A stretch of DNA of 40,123 nt from a virus. Taxonomy: Duplodnaviria; Caudoviricetes. The notes beneath the pieces were generated by a model. The model ran no database searches, was not told where the DNA came from, and was given only the letters and a program-made list of their open reading frames with translations. Shown in pieces: positions 1 through 9,570 of the stretch. How positions within the stretch are numbered: position 1 is the first letter of the stretch; each line of letters opens with the position of its first letter. The DNA lies in IMG/VR virus record IMGVR_UViG_3300011443_000030, positions 1 to 40,123 of that record; one strand, 5' to 3'. Made by a program: the position numbers and the translations under genes.

Positions 1-30
1 CACGACTTCATGACTATCGCAGCTTATTAA
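1..30 (+). CDS. Probable C-terminal end of the major capsid protein (wraps from the window end)
   Basis: Frame 1 reads HDFMTIAAY-stop directly before the tail-tube gene; the capsid ORF at 38986 has no stop before the window end. Confidence 0.6.
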   Translation, partial: HDFMTIAAY

Positions 31-60
31 TCTAACCAGGTAAAAAACTAAAGATTCACC

Positions 61-666
61 ATGAATAAATACATAATCCCTCAACTCTCACCAGCCTGCG
101 CAGCCATTACTGCCGGCGTTGCGATATCCTGTACCATAAAGCAGGTTGCGGGAACAACCGATAAGCTGATCCTTTTCAACTTCGATGAAATCGCATCTTA
201 TACACGCAATGGAACCAACCCACAGATCATTGAAGCAATTACAATGGTGGTTAACGTTCCTCCATTTACAGGTTTTGCATACGAAGGAAAACAGCAGTCC
301 CTCGAGCCAAAGCAATCCCTTGTAAGAACCAGGTATTCGACAGGCTATGACCATGAGATCGTGTTTAAAATATTCGATTCGCAGCCTGCAACAAAACAGC
401 AGGTTGAAAAAATGGCAGAATCCCGCCTGGTTGCAATCGTTGAAAACAACTTCAAGGGAACAGGTGGCAATGCGGCTTATGAAATCTATGGAATCGACAC
501 TGGACTGTTCATGACAGTTGGCGAAAGAATCGTAAGCGATCCTGAAACAGTGGGAGCATTCAATGTGACCCTGAAATCAGATCTGCATAAAGAGGGACAT
601 CTGCCTGCAACGTTCTTCCTGACTGACTACGCAACAACCAAAGCACTGGTTGAGGCTCTTTATTAA
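61..666 (+). CDS. Putative major tail tube protein
   Basis: 201 aa, beta-rich, follows the capsid gene; resembles tail proteins at this position in Bacteroidota phages (recalled similarity). Confidence 0.55.
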   Translation: MNKYIIPQLSPACAAITAGVAISCTIKQVAGTTDKLILFNFDEIASYTRNGTNPQIIEAITMVVNVPPFTGFAYEGKQQSLEPKQSLVRTRYSTGYDHEIVFKIFDSQPATKQQVEKMAESRLVAIVENNFKGTGGNAAYEIYGIDTGLFMTVGERIVSDPETVGAFNVTLKSDLHKEGHLPATFFLTDYATTKALVEALY

Positions 667-705
667 CACCTGAATAGGCTCTGACCAAGCAATCATGATA
701 AACCT

Positions 706-737
706 AAAAGCGGCAATCTATTCAGGTTGCCGTTTTT
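706..737 (+). terminator. Intrinsic terminator after the tail tube gene
   Basis: AAAAGCGGCAATC-TATTCA-GGTTGCCGTTTTT stem-loop with T-run. Confidence 0.65.
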
Positions 738-753
738 GTTTAAAAAAATCACA

Positions 754-1329
754 ATGAAAGAATTATCACCCTACGAGGAACAAATTGTAAACGACATCAT
801 CATGATGCGTACGGCAGACCTGAAGGTTGAGGCCAACCAAAAAAAGGTTATAGAAGCAAACGCAATTTTATTTGATGGTGAGATATGCGCTACCTGTCCT
901 GGCGACATCACCAATGCGTATTACAGAATCAGGACTTATGTTATTAAACCAATTCAAATGAAAAAACAAATTTCAAACAGCTGCAATTTCCAGCTCAATG
1001 ACGGTGCGATCGTAATCGATCCACAGGACGGTGAAATGTACACCAATGCTAACCTTACTGATGATGTTGCGGCTCGGGTCCTGGCAAAATACCCGGGTGC
1101 AGCAAAACGCTTTAAAAACATTCCTGATTGGGTTGCAACAGCTGCAGCTCCATCACCAGAACAAAATGATTCGCAAGCAAAACAGTCAGCAGTTGATTAT
1201 GTGAAGGATGAATCCCGCACCCGCGAGGAACTTACTGCCGTTGCCCTGGAAAACGGAATGGAAGAATCCAAGATTAAAAAATTGTCAACCGAAAAACTGC
1301 GTAAGGACCTGCTTAAAAAACTTGAATAA
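754..1329 (+). CDS. Hypothetical virion/morphogenesis protein
   Basis: ATG 754 with A-rich leader (the TTG at 727 lies inside the terminator); contains CATC and YTNANLTDDVA motifs; stop overlaps the portal start. Confidence 0.6.
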   Translation: MKELSPYEEQIVNDIIMMRTADLKVEANQKKVIEANAILFDGEICATCPGDITNAYYRIRTYVIKPIQMKKQISNSCNFQLNDGAIVIDPQDGEMYTNANLTDDVAARVLAKYPGAAKRFKNIPDWVATAAAPSPEQNDSQAKQSAVDYVKDESRTREELTAVALENGMEESKIKKLSTEKLRKDLLKKLE

Positions 1330-2693
1330 TGCAGTCAACCATTGTTGATTTCGATGCGCGCATAATTGTAAAGGATGATACCAATTTAGGTATTCTCAAG
1401 TACGATCATGATAACGCATATCCGCAGCGGATGAAATTGGCAAAGGAAGCCAGCGGTACTACATCGGACTGCGTGGATATCTATGCAAAATATATTCGCG
1501 GCAATGGTTTTGAAAATGCAACCTTCTATTCTTCCCAGGTAAACAGGAAAAAGCACACCTGGGATAAGATTTTAAAACTGACAAGTAAGGATTGTGCGCT
1601 CAACAACGGATCATTTGCACTGCATTTTAATTTCAACCTGCTTGGTGAAATTTCAGAAATCAATCATGTTCCCTTCGAAGATGTTCGGCTTTGCATCCCT
1701 GATGACATGGGATATATCAGCAAGGTGAAAATTTATTCCGACTGGGGTAAAAAACATTGCCGGACCATTGATGAAAAGAAAGTCACGGAGCATGATGTTT
1801 TTAATCCGGATAAAGCTGTCGTGCTTGCTCAAATTGAAAAGGCTGGCGGCATTGAAAAGTATAAAGGCCAGGTTCTATACTTCAATGAGCAGTCAGAAAA
1901 TTATCCGCTGTCAACACTGGATCCAATTTTCGAACACTGCGAAACGGATGCGGAGCTGAAGTATTACAACAACCGGAACGTGACAACCGGTTTCATGGCG
2001 CAGTTCATCTGGGTACAGAAAGGAAAATTTGCAGACAAAAAATCAGAACAGCAGCACGCCGATAATCTGAAAAAATTCCAGGGTACTCGTAACAGTTCAA
2101 AAATCCTTCAGATCAATATTGAAAATCCGGAAGAAAAACCTGATATACTTCCCATTGAAAATAATATTGATGATGAACTGTACGCCTACACGGAGAAATC
2201 AGTGATGGCGCATATCATCCGCAGGTTTCAGATTCCTACCATCCTTCTCGGGATCCCAACGGAAGGTGCACTGGGTGATAAGAACGACCGGGAAGGAGCA
2301 AAAAACACGTATTCAGAAATCACAAAGGACGAGCGCACCATGCTGGAAGCAGTGTTCAGTTTGATTTTTGATTACTGGCATGCACCCGAACAAAACCCTG
2401 ATAAAAATTTCACGATCATGCCTATTTCGGGCGTGCCGAAAAACACCAGCCCGGAATTGTACAAGGACATGACTGTGAACGAGCGTAGGGTAAACCTGCT
2501 TAACCTTCCTCCTACAGAGGAAAAAGCATCAGCAACAAAGCTGCTGGCTGAAACATTAGGCGTTGGAGGTACCCAGGCATTGAAGGAAATCTTAATTGAT
2601 ACCACGCTCACAGATCTACAGAAAAAGAATGCACTCATTCTGCTGTTCGGACTGACTGAAGAACAGGCATCGAGTCTTGTAACAAAAGCATAA
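1329..2693 (+). CDS. Phage portal protein
   Basis: 454 aa; DNAYPQ N-terminal motif, FQIPTILLGI motif, portal-like size. Confidence 0.8.
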   Translation: MQSTIVDFDARIIVKDDTNLGILKYDHDNAYPQRMKLAKEASGTTSDCVDIYAKYIRGNGFENATFYSSQVNRKKHTWDKILKLTSKDCALNNGSFALHFNFNLLGEISEINHVPFEDVRLCIPDDMGYISKVKIYSDWGKKHCRTIDEKKVTEHDVFNPDKAVVLAQIEKAGGIEKYKGQVLYFNEQSENYPLSTLDPIFEHCETDAELKYYNNRNVTTGFMAQFIWVQKGKFADKKSEQQHADNLKKFQGTRNSSKILQINIENPEEKPDILPIENNIDDELYAYTEKSVMAHIIRRFQIPTILLGIPTEGALGDKNDREGAKNTYSEITKDERTMLEAVFSLIFDYWHAPEQNPDKNFTIMPISGVPKNTSPELYKDMTVNERRVNLLNLPPTEEKASATKLLAETLGVGGTQALKEILIDTTLTDLQKKNALILLFGLTEEQASSLVTKA

Positions 2694-2698
2694 CTGAA

Positions 2699-3196
2699 AT
2701 GGCATCATCCACAAATAGAAAACTAATTTCTCAGGAGGATTTCACACCGTACAAAAGTATTGTTGTGAACTCCGAACCTGCCGACATTATGCCATACGTT
2801 GAGGATGCGCAGCTTTTTGATCTTGTTTCCGTGCTTCCTCGTGAGCTCATTGAAGATTTACAGGATAACCCGGAAACAACTCCGAACGTGGCGCTACTTC
2901 CTTACGTGCGGCCTGTGATGTGTTATTATGCTTACGCTCGTTACATAACATTCGTAGGTATCTCTGATACTGCTTCCGGGTTTGTGCAAAAGACAAATGA
3001 ATTTTCAACTCCGGCCTCAGATAAAGTAGTTACCCGGATTAAGCAGGAAGCGCTGAATATCGCTGCCGGTTATGCCAGCTTCCTGGTAAAATTCTTAAAT
3101 GACAAGGCTGCTACTTACCCTCTGTGGAAAAACAGTTGTGTACCAGGCAGCCCGGTAAAATCAGGTTCAAGCATTTCAGCAATCTCATTAAGATAA
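2699..3196 (+). CDS. Head-tail adaptor-like protein (DUF6712-like)
   Basis: Follows the portal; PYVEDAQLFDL and YYAYARY motifs. Confidence 0.55.
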   Translation: MASSTNRKLISQEDFTPYKSIVVNSEPADIMPYVEDAQLFDLVSVLPRELIEDLQDNPETTPNVALLPYVRPVMCYYAYARYITFVGISDTASGFVQKTNEFSTPASDKVVTRIKQEALNIAAGYASFLVKFLNDKAATYPLWKNSCVPGSPVKSGSSISAISLR

Positions 3197-3197
3197 A

Positions 3198-4778
3198 ATG
3201 GCGACGCTATCACAAATAATATTTCGGGTAATTGTAAAACTGGGGTGGACCACAAAAGGTTCTGCTCTGACATGGACGGAGCTCGACACCAATCAGGAAG
3301 CGTTACTGGATGCGATACTTGCATTACAATCCGCAGCACTTGCAAATGTAGCTCCGTATAATCCGCTTACCGTTTATTCGAATACACCCATTACCTATGT
3401 GAGTTACAATGGTAATATGTACCAATATATTAACGGTACTCCATCTGCAGGTGTTACTCCGGATTCAGATCCACTAACATGGCAATTGACTTCGACAGGA
3501 GCGTTATCGCATCAGCAGGGAACTGATCAGACCGTAGGGCTCGGGACCATTTACCCGACATCGCATCAGGAGTTATGGGGTGTTGTGAATGGTCAGGTGA
3601 TACCAACAACTGTTGTTGCGTTCAATGCACTTGTTGGCGGATCAGCGTTGATACCAAATAGAATTTATTATTTTGATACAGAAGGGAATTATATTGTTCG
3701 AGCCACATCAACAAGCACATGGTCGCCAAGAGGAGCAAAACTGGATTACGTTCCGGACATTACAAATTATGCTCAATATGATGAAGGCGGTTCATATTCA
3801 ATTAATGATCGCGCAACATATAACAATAGGGTTTATAATAATTACACCGGAGTTAATGGCGGCATAACACCCGACCTTGATTTTTCAAACTGGATTGAGG
3901 AAACTGCCGGAACAGCGCCATATTATCTTAAAAAGATTCGTGACTGCATTGTGTGGATGGACGCAACAAATATTTCAGGCAGACACTTTGTTGATGATTA
4001 TGGTAATGAATTTCCAACCACAGAAATAACATTGCATGGTTCATCAGATCAGAGTAACAATACACTGAAAGGCGAATCAACAATTACAAAAGCATGGAAC
4101 TATCGTGGGCAGATGAAAAACAATGTGCTTATTAATAGTTACATTGAGATGTCAGATGAATTAAATACTGATGGCAGAGTAAATAATAACATTTTTGAAA
4201 ATGCAAATTTTATTGTTGGAGATGGAACAAATGATTTTCCAAATCGCGGAACAGTAGAAAATAATGTAATAAAAAATTGTGGTGTGATTGCGCCAGAAGG
4301 ATTAACAGACGCAGCAGTTCTCAGTGGATTAACAATTGACCTACCGGGACAAACAATATATCTGGAAGATGATACAGTTGCAAGCAGCGGTTATCTTACA
4401 ATACACGGCGGGAACATTCCAAGGCAGGTGAACATATCCAGCGCACAAACAACAGACATTACTGCATTGGGAATTTCTGCAATGGATTTATATGGCATAT
4501 ATACATACTCAGGCAATCCAACACTTGATACACTTACAGGCTTCCCAAATCAATTCCCGGTGCATCCTGTAAAGATAATGCCAGTTGGAGGAGCAACACT
4601 GGATATAGACACAAAATCATTCGGAGGAGGAATCGCGCAGGATCAATTTCTGTGGGATGGCACAACTCTTTCGCTTGACGGTGACAAGGGTGATTATATA
4701 ATCGCAGTTGTTGACCGTCCCGATATAATGAGTGGTGACAGAATCTGGAGAATTATTCAAGTTATGATTAACGCATAA
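3198..4778 (+). CDS. Tail fibre / receptor-binding protein
   Basis: N-terminal KGSALTWTELDTN fibre-attachment-type motif, two CBM5/12-like aromatic repeats, Asn-rich beta-helix-like middle. Confidence 0.6.
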   Translation: MATLSQIIFRVIVKLGWTTKGSALTWTELDTNQEALLDAILALQSAALANVAPYNPLTVYSNTPITYVSYNGNMYQYINGTPSAGVTPDSDPLTWQLTSTGALSHQQGTDQTVGLGTIYPTSHQELWGVVNGQVIPTTVVAFNALVGGSALIPNRIYYFDTEGNYIVRATSTSTWSPRGAKLDYVPDITNYAQYDEGGSYSINDRATYNNRVYNNYTGVNGGITPDLDFSNWIEETAGTAPYYLKKIRDCIVWMDATNISGRHFVDDYGNEFPTTEITLHGSSDQSNNTLKGESTITKAWNYRGQMKNNVLINSYIEMSDELNTDGRVNNNIFENANFIVGDGTNDFPNRGTVENNVIKNCGVIAPEGLTDAAVLSGLTIDLPGQTIYLEDDTVASSGYLTIHGGNIPRQVNISSAQTTDITALGISAMDLYGIYTYSGNPTLDTLTGFPNQFPVHPVKIMPVGGATLDIDTKSFGGGIAQDQFLWDGTTLSLDGDKGDYIIAVVDRPDIMSGDRIWRIIQVMINA

Positions 4779-4781
4779 ACC

Positions 4782-5297
4782 ATGATACGGGTAAACACAG
4801 GTGACGATATACTGGTAAGCCTTATGCTTTATGTTCCGCATGAAAAGTTCCGGATCGATAAAGAGTATTCCCCTGGTGACATCGTATGGTACAATGAAGT
4901 GTATTACGAATATCAGAATGTAGCTGCTTCTACCGGAACGCTTCCTTCGGATTCATCTGTGTGGACTGCGCTTGCAGGAAGAAAAAAATATGACACGCAG
5001 TACATCACAAAAATGATTATTCATTTTCATTACCAGGGAACACGTGAACCGATATTTAAATTTTCAATAAATGCAATGGCAGGTTACGGCACGATCAACA
5101 CAGCTGCGATTGCCAGCTCTATTGTTTCCTGTGAAATACTTGCAGCAGATACCACAAAGAAAAAAGAAGGAGTGATCGTAGCCACCGTAAAGTTTGTGGA
5201 GAATTTACCTGTTGTGGGAGAGAAAACAAGAACTGAACCTGATATACCCTGCTTTGTGTTTAACAATCCATCAACTGAATTTATAACACCGTTATGA
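4782..5297 (+). CDS. Baseplate/fibre-associated protein with a CBM-like insert
   Basis: YSPGDIVWYNEVYY...SVW motif within a beta-rich 171-aa protein in the fibre module. Confidence 0.45.
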   Translation: MIRVNTGDDILVSLMLYVPHEKFRIDKEYSPGDIVWYNEVYYEYQNVAASTGTLPSDSSVWTALAGRKKYDTQYITKMIIHFHYQGTREPIFKFSINAMAGYGTINTAAIASSIVSCEILAADTTKKKEGVIVATVKFVENLPVVGEKTRTEPDIPCFVFNNPSTEFITPL

Positions 5298-5992
5298 GGC
5301 GCGAAATTGATATTGATGTTGAGGTTTCGAGAACCGTGAAAGCGGAGGCAAATGTCTATGGTGTTTACATCGTGAATGATGCTGAACCATGTCCTGAACC
5401 AGAGATCAGACTTTATTCGGCACAGGTTCCTGTTACAGGAGGATTTACTTCTGATACACTGGTTGCTGGTTCTTACGGAAGTGGATCATTTTCATCTACT
5501 CAGTGGGCTGACCTTGCTATATTTTTACAGACAAATGTTACTGCTGATTGCGGTGCTACATTGGAACAGGGTGATGCAACCTTCCTGTTTTTTGTTGCAT
5601 TAGCTGTTCCTCCATTTAACTGGACATGGAACGGCAACCTTATTTTCTTTAACGATCTCGGAGTTGCTTCGATTGGTTGCTATGATACCGGATTATTTGC
5701 TTTCGGCGGCGATCCTGATCCGGTTAACTGGACTTCGCTACGCATTCCAACTAATATCGGTGCTGCTGAAATTCAAGGAACGACTCCAAATTATGGTGAT
5801 CCTGGATTTCAAGCAGCGTGGCAGGCATTCGCTACACCAAGCTTTGGCGCAAACGCTATTGCTGAATTTGAAATAACACCAACGCAAGTACGATTGCAGG
5901 TAAAAAATACATACTTAACAATGCAGTCTGTTGTATCAATTGGTTCTCCCGGTCTGCAAACCGACAATTTCTCACCAGCAGCATGTCCATAA
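5294..5992 (+). CDS. Hypothetical tail-associated protein
   Basis: ATGA-coupled ORF of 232 aa in the fibre module. Confidence 0.5.
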   Translation: MRREIDIDVEVSRTVKAEANVYGVYIVNDAEPCPEPEIRLYSAQVPVTGGFTSDTLVAGSYGSGSFSSTQWADLAIFLQTNVTADCGATLEQGDATFLFFVALAVPPFNWTWNGNLIFFNDLGVASIGCYDTGLFAFGGDPDPVNWTSLRIPTNIGAAEIQGTTPNYGDPGFQAAWQAFATPSFGANAIAEFEITPTQVRLQVKNTYLTMQSVVSIGSPGLQTDNFSPAACP

Positions 5993-6002
5993 AACCAACT
6001 AT

Positions 6003-7238
6003 ATGAAAAATCTAATCAAATCAATTTTACTCGGTGCTCTGATAACCATCATTGCATTAACTATGCTCAATGCTCAGAGCCGAACATTTGTAACTCCGCA
6101 TCTTCTCGATGACTTCGCATCCATAACGGTTGCCGGGTATAACGGTGCCGCTACTGTTGCGCAGGCTGGCGTTGATCCTTCAGTTTACAAAGGAATGGTT
6201 ATTACCAGTACTGATTTATACGACTGGGCAAATCTGCAGTATGCCATGTACCTGGAACAGCAGACCGGGAAACCGATAAATCTGTGGGGAACTTTCAAAG
6301 GCATTAACAAGATGATTGATTTGGGAAAGTATAATAAGAAACTTGTCATTCGTGGAAATTGCGCCGAAGTTCAGGCTACAGGAGCGGGAACATTTTCTGT
6401 GTTTGGAAGGCCACAACCAACAAATGTGAGTGATGCCAATGTTATGATCGCATCAAAATTTGACATTGAAAATCTGACAATAAAATGTTCATCTCTTAAT
6501 CAGGTTGGCTTTGAACCAGGACCTACATACGGAAGCAGATACGAAGCTGTTGATGTATCAGGTGCAGGAACCGGAATACTTCTTCGATTTAATTTGATGG
6601 CAACAGTTAATCGTTGCATGTGGAACGATTGCAAGCGAGGTATCATACTGGACATTCTACCCGGCACGTCGTCAACGTCAACGCAGAATAACGGCACGAC
6701 AGTTTCTAATTGTCGCGGTTATCTATCGGCGAATTTTGTTTGTGATGTTGGATATGGAAACTACGGTTCAGGTGGCGTCACGAATGAATCATGTATTGTA
6801 GAAGGGTATAAATGTAAAGTTGGGTGGCTCGTTGACGGAATGGGAAACACTACCACAAAAAGAAATTACATCAACAATCCGCACTGGGAAACGGTGCAGG
6901 GAACGCTACCCGCTGGACAGGGTGAAGCAATGATAAAAGTTTGGATGCCTGATGGTGTAATAACAATTTCAAATTGCAAGAATGATTATGCTTCAGTTTT
7001 ACTTGACGTGAAAAGTCAGGGCGGCTGGCCTCTGATTGAACTTAGCAATGTTTCCTGGTGGAAGGCTCCGGCAGATGGTAAGTGGATCAACTACGATCCG
7101 GCGAGTACCGGAGGAGCTTCTTTTAAACTGATTAACGTGAGGAAGACTCAAGCTCAGATCATGTCCGGGTTCGCGGGTAAAGCGGTTACTCAAAAATGTG
7201 ACCTCGATAACGGAGCTCACAAAGTTTGCATTCAATAA
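6003..7238 (+). CDS. Right-handed beta-helix (depolymerase/tailspike-like) protein with a signal peptide
   Basis: ATG 6003 gives MKNLIKSILLGALITIIALTMLNA|Q; the body has G-I-x-L and alternating-strand patterns typical of pectate-lyase-like folds. Confidence 0.55.
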   Translation: MKNLIKSILLGALITIIALTMLNAQSRTFVTPHLLDDFASITVAGYNGAATVAQAGVDPSVYKGMVITSTDLYDWANLQYAMYLEQQTGKPINLWGTFKGINKMIDLGKYNKKLVIRGNCAEVQATGAGTFSVFGRPQPTNVSDANVMIASKFDIENLTIKCSSLNQVGFEPGPTYGSRYEAVDVSGAGTGILLRFNLMATVNRCMWNDCKRGIILDILPGTSSTSTQNNGTTVSNCRGYLSANFVCDVGYGNYGSGGVTNESCIVEGYKCKVGWLVDGMGNTTTKRNYINNPHWETVQGTLPAGQGEAMIKVWMPDGVITISNCKNDYASVLLDVKSQGGWPLIELSNVSWWKAPADGKWINYDPASTGGASFKLINVRKTQAQIMSGFAGKAVTQKCDLDNGAHKVCIQ

Positions 7239-7268
7239 GTGCATTAACATTTAACCTCCCCCGGTTCA

Positions 7269-7601
7269 ATGATTATGACGAAAGAAAAGTTTGTTCTCAC
7301 CTGGCGAATTGTCGCACTCTCACTTTTGTCGGTGCTGACAGTTGCTTCATCAATTGGCGCATTCTTTTTTGTCAAAGTTTATGACATGGTAGATTACTCC
7401 TTCAGGCAAAGTATCCAGGCAGAAATTGAGGGCGAAGAAATAAAGCGCATCAACGAGCGCCAGGATATTATTATGGTTACTCAGAGTCAAACCATCAAGG
7501 AACAGGGTAAGGATATCAATAACTGTGAGAAAAAAATTGTCAGGCTTGAAACCATTTTGAATAAAGAATTTGAATACGAATATGAACAGGACAAAAACTG
7601 A
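7269..7601 (+). CDS. Single-TM coiled-coil protein at the start of the lysis cassette
   Basis: Hydrophobic IVALSLLSVLTVASSIGAFFFV, then a coiled coil ending IVRLETIL. Confidence 0.5.
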   Translation: MIMTKEKFVLTWRIVALSLLSVLTVASSIGAFFFVKVYDMVDYSFRQSIQAEIEGEEIKRINERQDIIMVTQSQTIKEQGKDINNCEKKIVRLETILNKEFEYEYEQDKN

Positions 7602-7606
7602 AAGCC

Positions 7607-7846
7607 ATGCAGAAATACCATTTGCGTTTCGCCGATGAACATTGGGTGCTCTTCAAGTCTGGTGAGGAACCCGGGAAGTTGAAGTGGATGAATAAATCTG
7701 AAGCGATCTCCGATTGCCGAAGATTATTAAAAGGGCTTGCGACGGAAAAGGAACCTATCAGCTTCGAAGTCCATAATAAAAAGGGACGGATTCAAACTGA
7801 ATATACATATCCGCGAAGCGCGGACCCGAGAAAGAGTAAAGGATGA
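7607..7846 (+). CDS. DUF2188-like protein
   Basis: NKSEAI...EVHNKKGRIQTEYTYPRSADP matches the recalled DUF2188 pattern. Confidence 0.6.
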   Translation: MQKYHLRFADEHWVLFKSGEEPGKLKWMNKSEAISDCRRLLKGLATEKEPISFEVHNKKGRIQTEYTYPRSADPRKSKG

Positions 7847-8277
7847 AGGAAGAATTGTTCGTTTACCGGGACGCAAATACAAAGCTGGATTGTCCGGGGC
7901 TATTCGTGTATAAAAATGAAATCATCTGTCATTCCCTCGAGGACATCGATCGGGATCTGTGCATGAGTATGACGGTGAAAGAAATCATGAGTAAGAAGAT
8001 TTACGGGCAGACAGCGATTCCTTACGGCAGGTACAAAATGAAGTGGTATGATTCACCAAAACACGGAAGAGTACCGCTCCTATTAGGTGTGAAGGGATTC
8101 AGTTTCGTCGAGATCCACATTGCAAACTGGGCTACACAATTACAGGGGTGCATTGCTCCGGGACTTCGCAAGGGAGATAATTCAGTTCAGGATTCTGCAA
8201 AGGCATTCAAACTTGTGAAAGAACTTATTCGTGATGAAAAAATAGAATACATCAACATTCTAAAAATGGCAGCATGA
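7843..8277 (+). CDS. DUF5675-family protein, putative endolysin
   Basis: CHSLED, KIYGQTAIPYGRY, SPKHG, IHIAN...GCIAPG motifs; lies next to a holin-like gene. Confidence 0.7.
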   Translation: MKEELFVYRDANTKLDCPGLFVYKNEIICHSLEDIDRDLCMSMTVKEIMSKKIYGQTAIPYGRYKMKWYDSPKHGRVPLLLGVKGFSFVEIHIANWATQLQGCIAPGLRKGDNSVQDSAKAFKLVKELIRDEKIEYINILKMAA

Positions 8278-8438
8278 AAAACTGGTACGAATCAAAAGCA
8301 ATATGGGCAGCGGCAGGACTGCTTGGTCTTGCTGTATTCCGCTATTATGATACTCATGATTGGGATTCGGCAATGGTGCTTGTAATGAATGCGCTTGCTG
8401 TGCTTGGAATCAGAACCGGAACGCAGCGCATAAAATGA
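8274..8438 (+). CDS. Holin-like protein (54 aa, 2 TM; not in ORF track)
   Basis: MKNWYESKAIWAAAGLLGLAVF...MVLVMNALAVLGIR; ATGA overlap with the endolysin stop. Confidence 0.7.
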   Translation: MKNWYESKAIWAAAGLLGLAVFRYYDTHDWDSAMVLVMNALAVLGIRTGTQRIK

Positions 8439-8518
8439 AAAAGCATCTACCTGATATCCTTATTCTGATTATGGCCGGAGCCGGAATAATTCTAATGATT
8501 TTAATTAAACACCTATGA
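8435..8518 (+). CDS. Small single-TM peptide (27 aa; not in ORF track)
   Basis: MKKHLPDILILIMAGAGIILMILIKHL; ATGA overlaps at both ends. Confidence 0.6.
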   Translation: MKKHLPDILILIMAGAGIILMILIKHL

Positions 8519-8775
8519 AACTACTCAAAGACTTAACCTCCGAACTCGACTCTATTGAAATTGAACATCTGGAAAGTGTTGAGATTTCCGAAAACACAGA
8601 CCCGAAAGAAATCCTTTCCATCATCGGTTTATTCGCACCCATTTTCATTGCAATTCTGGAAGTCTGGAAAAAGATACCTGGTCGGAGACAGGAGGTTAGA
8701 AACATGAGACTGGACAAATCTATTGCCGCACTACGTATGGCATCCATCTTCAGTACCATCAAATTCAAACAATAA
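8515..8775 (+). CDS. Hypothetical membrane protein of the lysis cassette
   Basis: Central hydrophobic ILSIIGLFAPIFIAILEVW; translationally coupled. Confidence 0.55.
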   Translation: MKLLKDLTSELDSIEIEHLESVEISENTDPKEILSIIGLFAPIFIAILEVWKKIPGRRQEVRNMRLDKSIAALRMASIFSTIKFKQ

Positions 8776-8810
8776 TTCACTTATAAGTTAACAATCAAAA
8801 ACCAAAAACA

Positions 8811-9170
8811 ATGTCTGAAAAATTAGGAACAGAAAACCTCGAAAGGGGTGTATTACTTGCGGTTGATTTCGCAAACAAAATTGATGAAGCAACTGATGAC
8901 GGCTTCCAGCCAGTAGATCTTCTTGCTATTGCAGGACCCGCTATGCAGGTGCAGGGAGTTTTAAAAACAGGTCCAGAAATGAAAGCTGAATTAGATGATT
9001 TCAGCATGGAAGAGCGTACAGGCATGAAGACAAAAATAAAAGATCAACTACAGGTTGGTGATGCAAAAGAGGAGCTTGTGGATGATGTAGTTTCTGATGC
9101 CGCCGACTGGTTGGCTGCAAGCTACAAACTTCAGAAAAGCATTCGTGCGCTCCGCTCTGTAGCAAGTTAA
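8811..9170 (+). CDS. Hypothetical acidic helical protein, last gene of the late operon
   Basis: 119-aa ORF with a strong A-rich leader, followed by a terminator. Confidence 0.65.
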   Translation: MSEKLGTENLERGVLLAVDFANKIDEATDDGFQPVDLLAIAGPAMQVQGVLKTGPEMKAELDDFSMEERTGMKTKIKDQLQVGDAKEELVDDVVSDAADWLAASYKLQKSIRALRSVAS

Positions 9171-9187
9171 CCGGAGACGGTCTGCAA

Positions 9188-9226
9188 AATAAAGCCTCCT
9201 GTCATTCCCGGGAGGCTTTATTATTT
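9188..9226 (+). terminator. Intrinsic terminator, possibly bidirectional
   Basis: AATAAAGCCTCC...GGAGGCTTTATT 12-bp stem. Confidence 0.75.
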
Positions 9227-9239
9227 GTAAATTATACTT

Positions 9240-9247
9240 TACATTTG
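9240..9247 (+). promoter_or_regulatory. Bacteroidota -7 promoter element for the moron
   Basis: TACATTTG fits TAnnTTTG, 4 nt before ATG 9252; no -33 TTTG at canonical spacing. Confidence 0.5.
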
Positions 9248-9251
9248 GGGT

Positions 9252-9569
9252 ATGAGTTGCAACGCATTAATGTTTGATCCACCCCAATACAGGGATTATC
9301 AAAAACATCACCTACGAAAAGAAAATTTACAAGAGGCGTTTTACCAATGGCTGAATATCAACTGGGAGCTTTTGGATAAAAAGCAACAAAAGGATTTGCA
9401 CTGGTTTTACTGGTGGTCAGAAATTGTTAGGATGGATGCTGAACCTTTTTTTTCAGAACACCCATGGGGTCGCGAAATAATCAATCCCACAATTTCAACC
9501 AGAACCGAATTTGTATTTAATGTTTTCGGAAACATCTATAGAATGACTGTTGAACTTAAAAATAAATAA
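9252..9569 (+). CDS. Trp-rich hypothetical moron protein
   Basis: 105-aa ORF between terminators with its own promoter element. Confidence 0.6.
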   Translation: MSCNALMFDPPQYRDYQKHHLRKENLQEAFYQWLNINWELLDKKQQKDLHWFYWWSEIVRMDAEPFFSEHPWGREIINPTISTRTEFVFNVFGNIYRMTVELKNK

Positions 9570-9570
9570 C

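Noticed and set aside
3198-7238. Diversity-generating retroelement or invertible fibre cassette
   Set aside because: No reverse transcriptase or invertase in the window, and no TR/VR duplicate noticed by eye.
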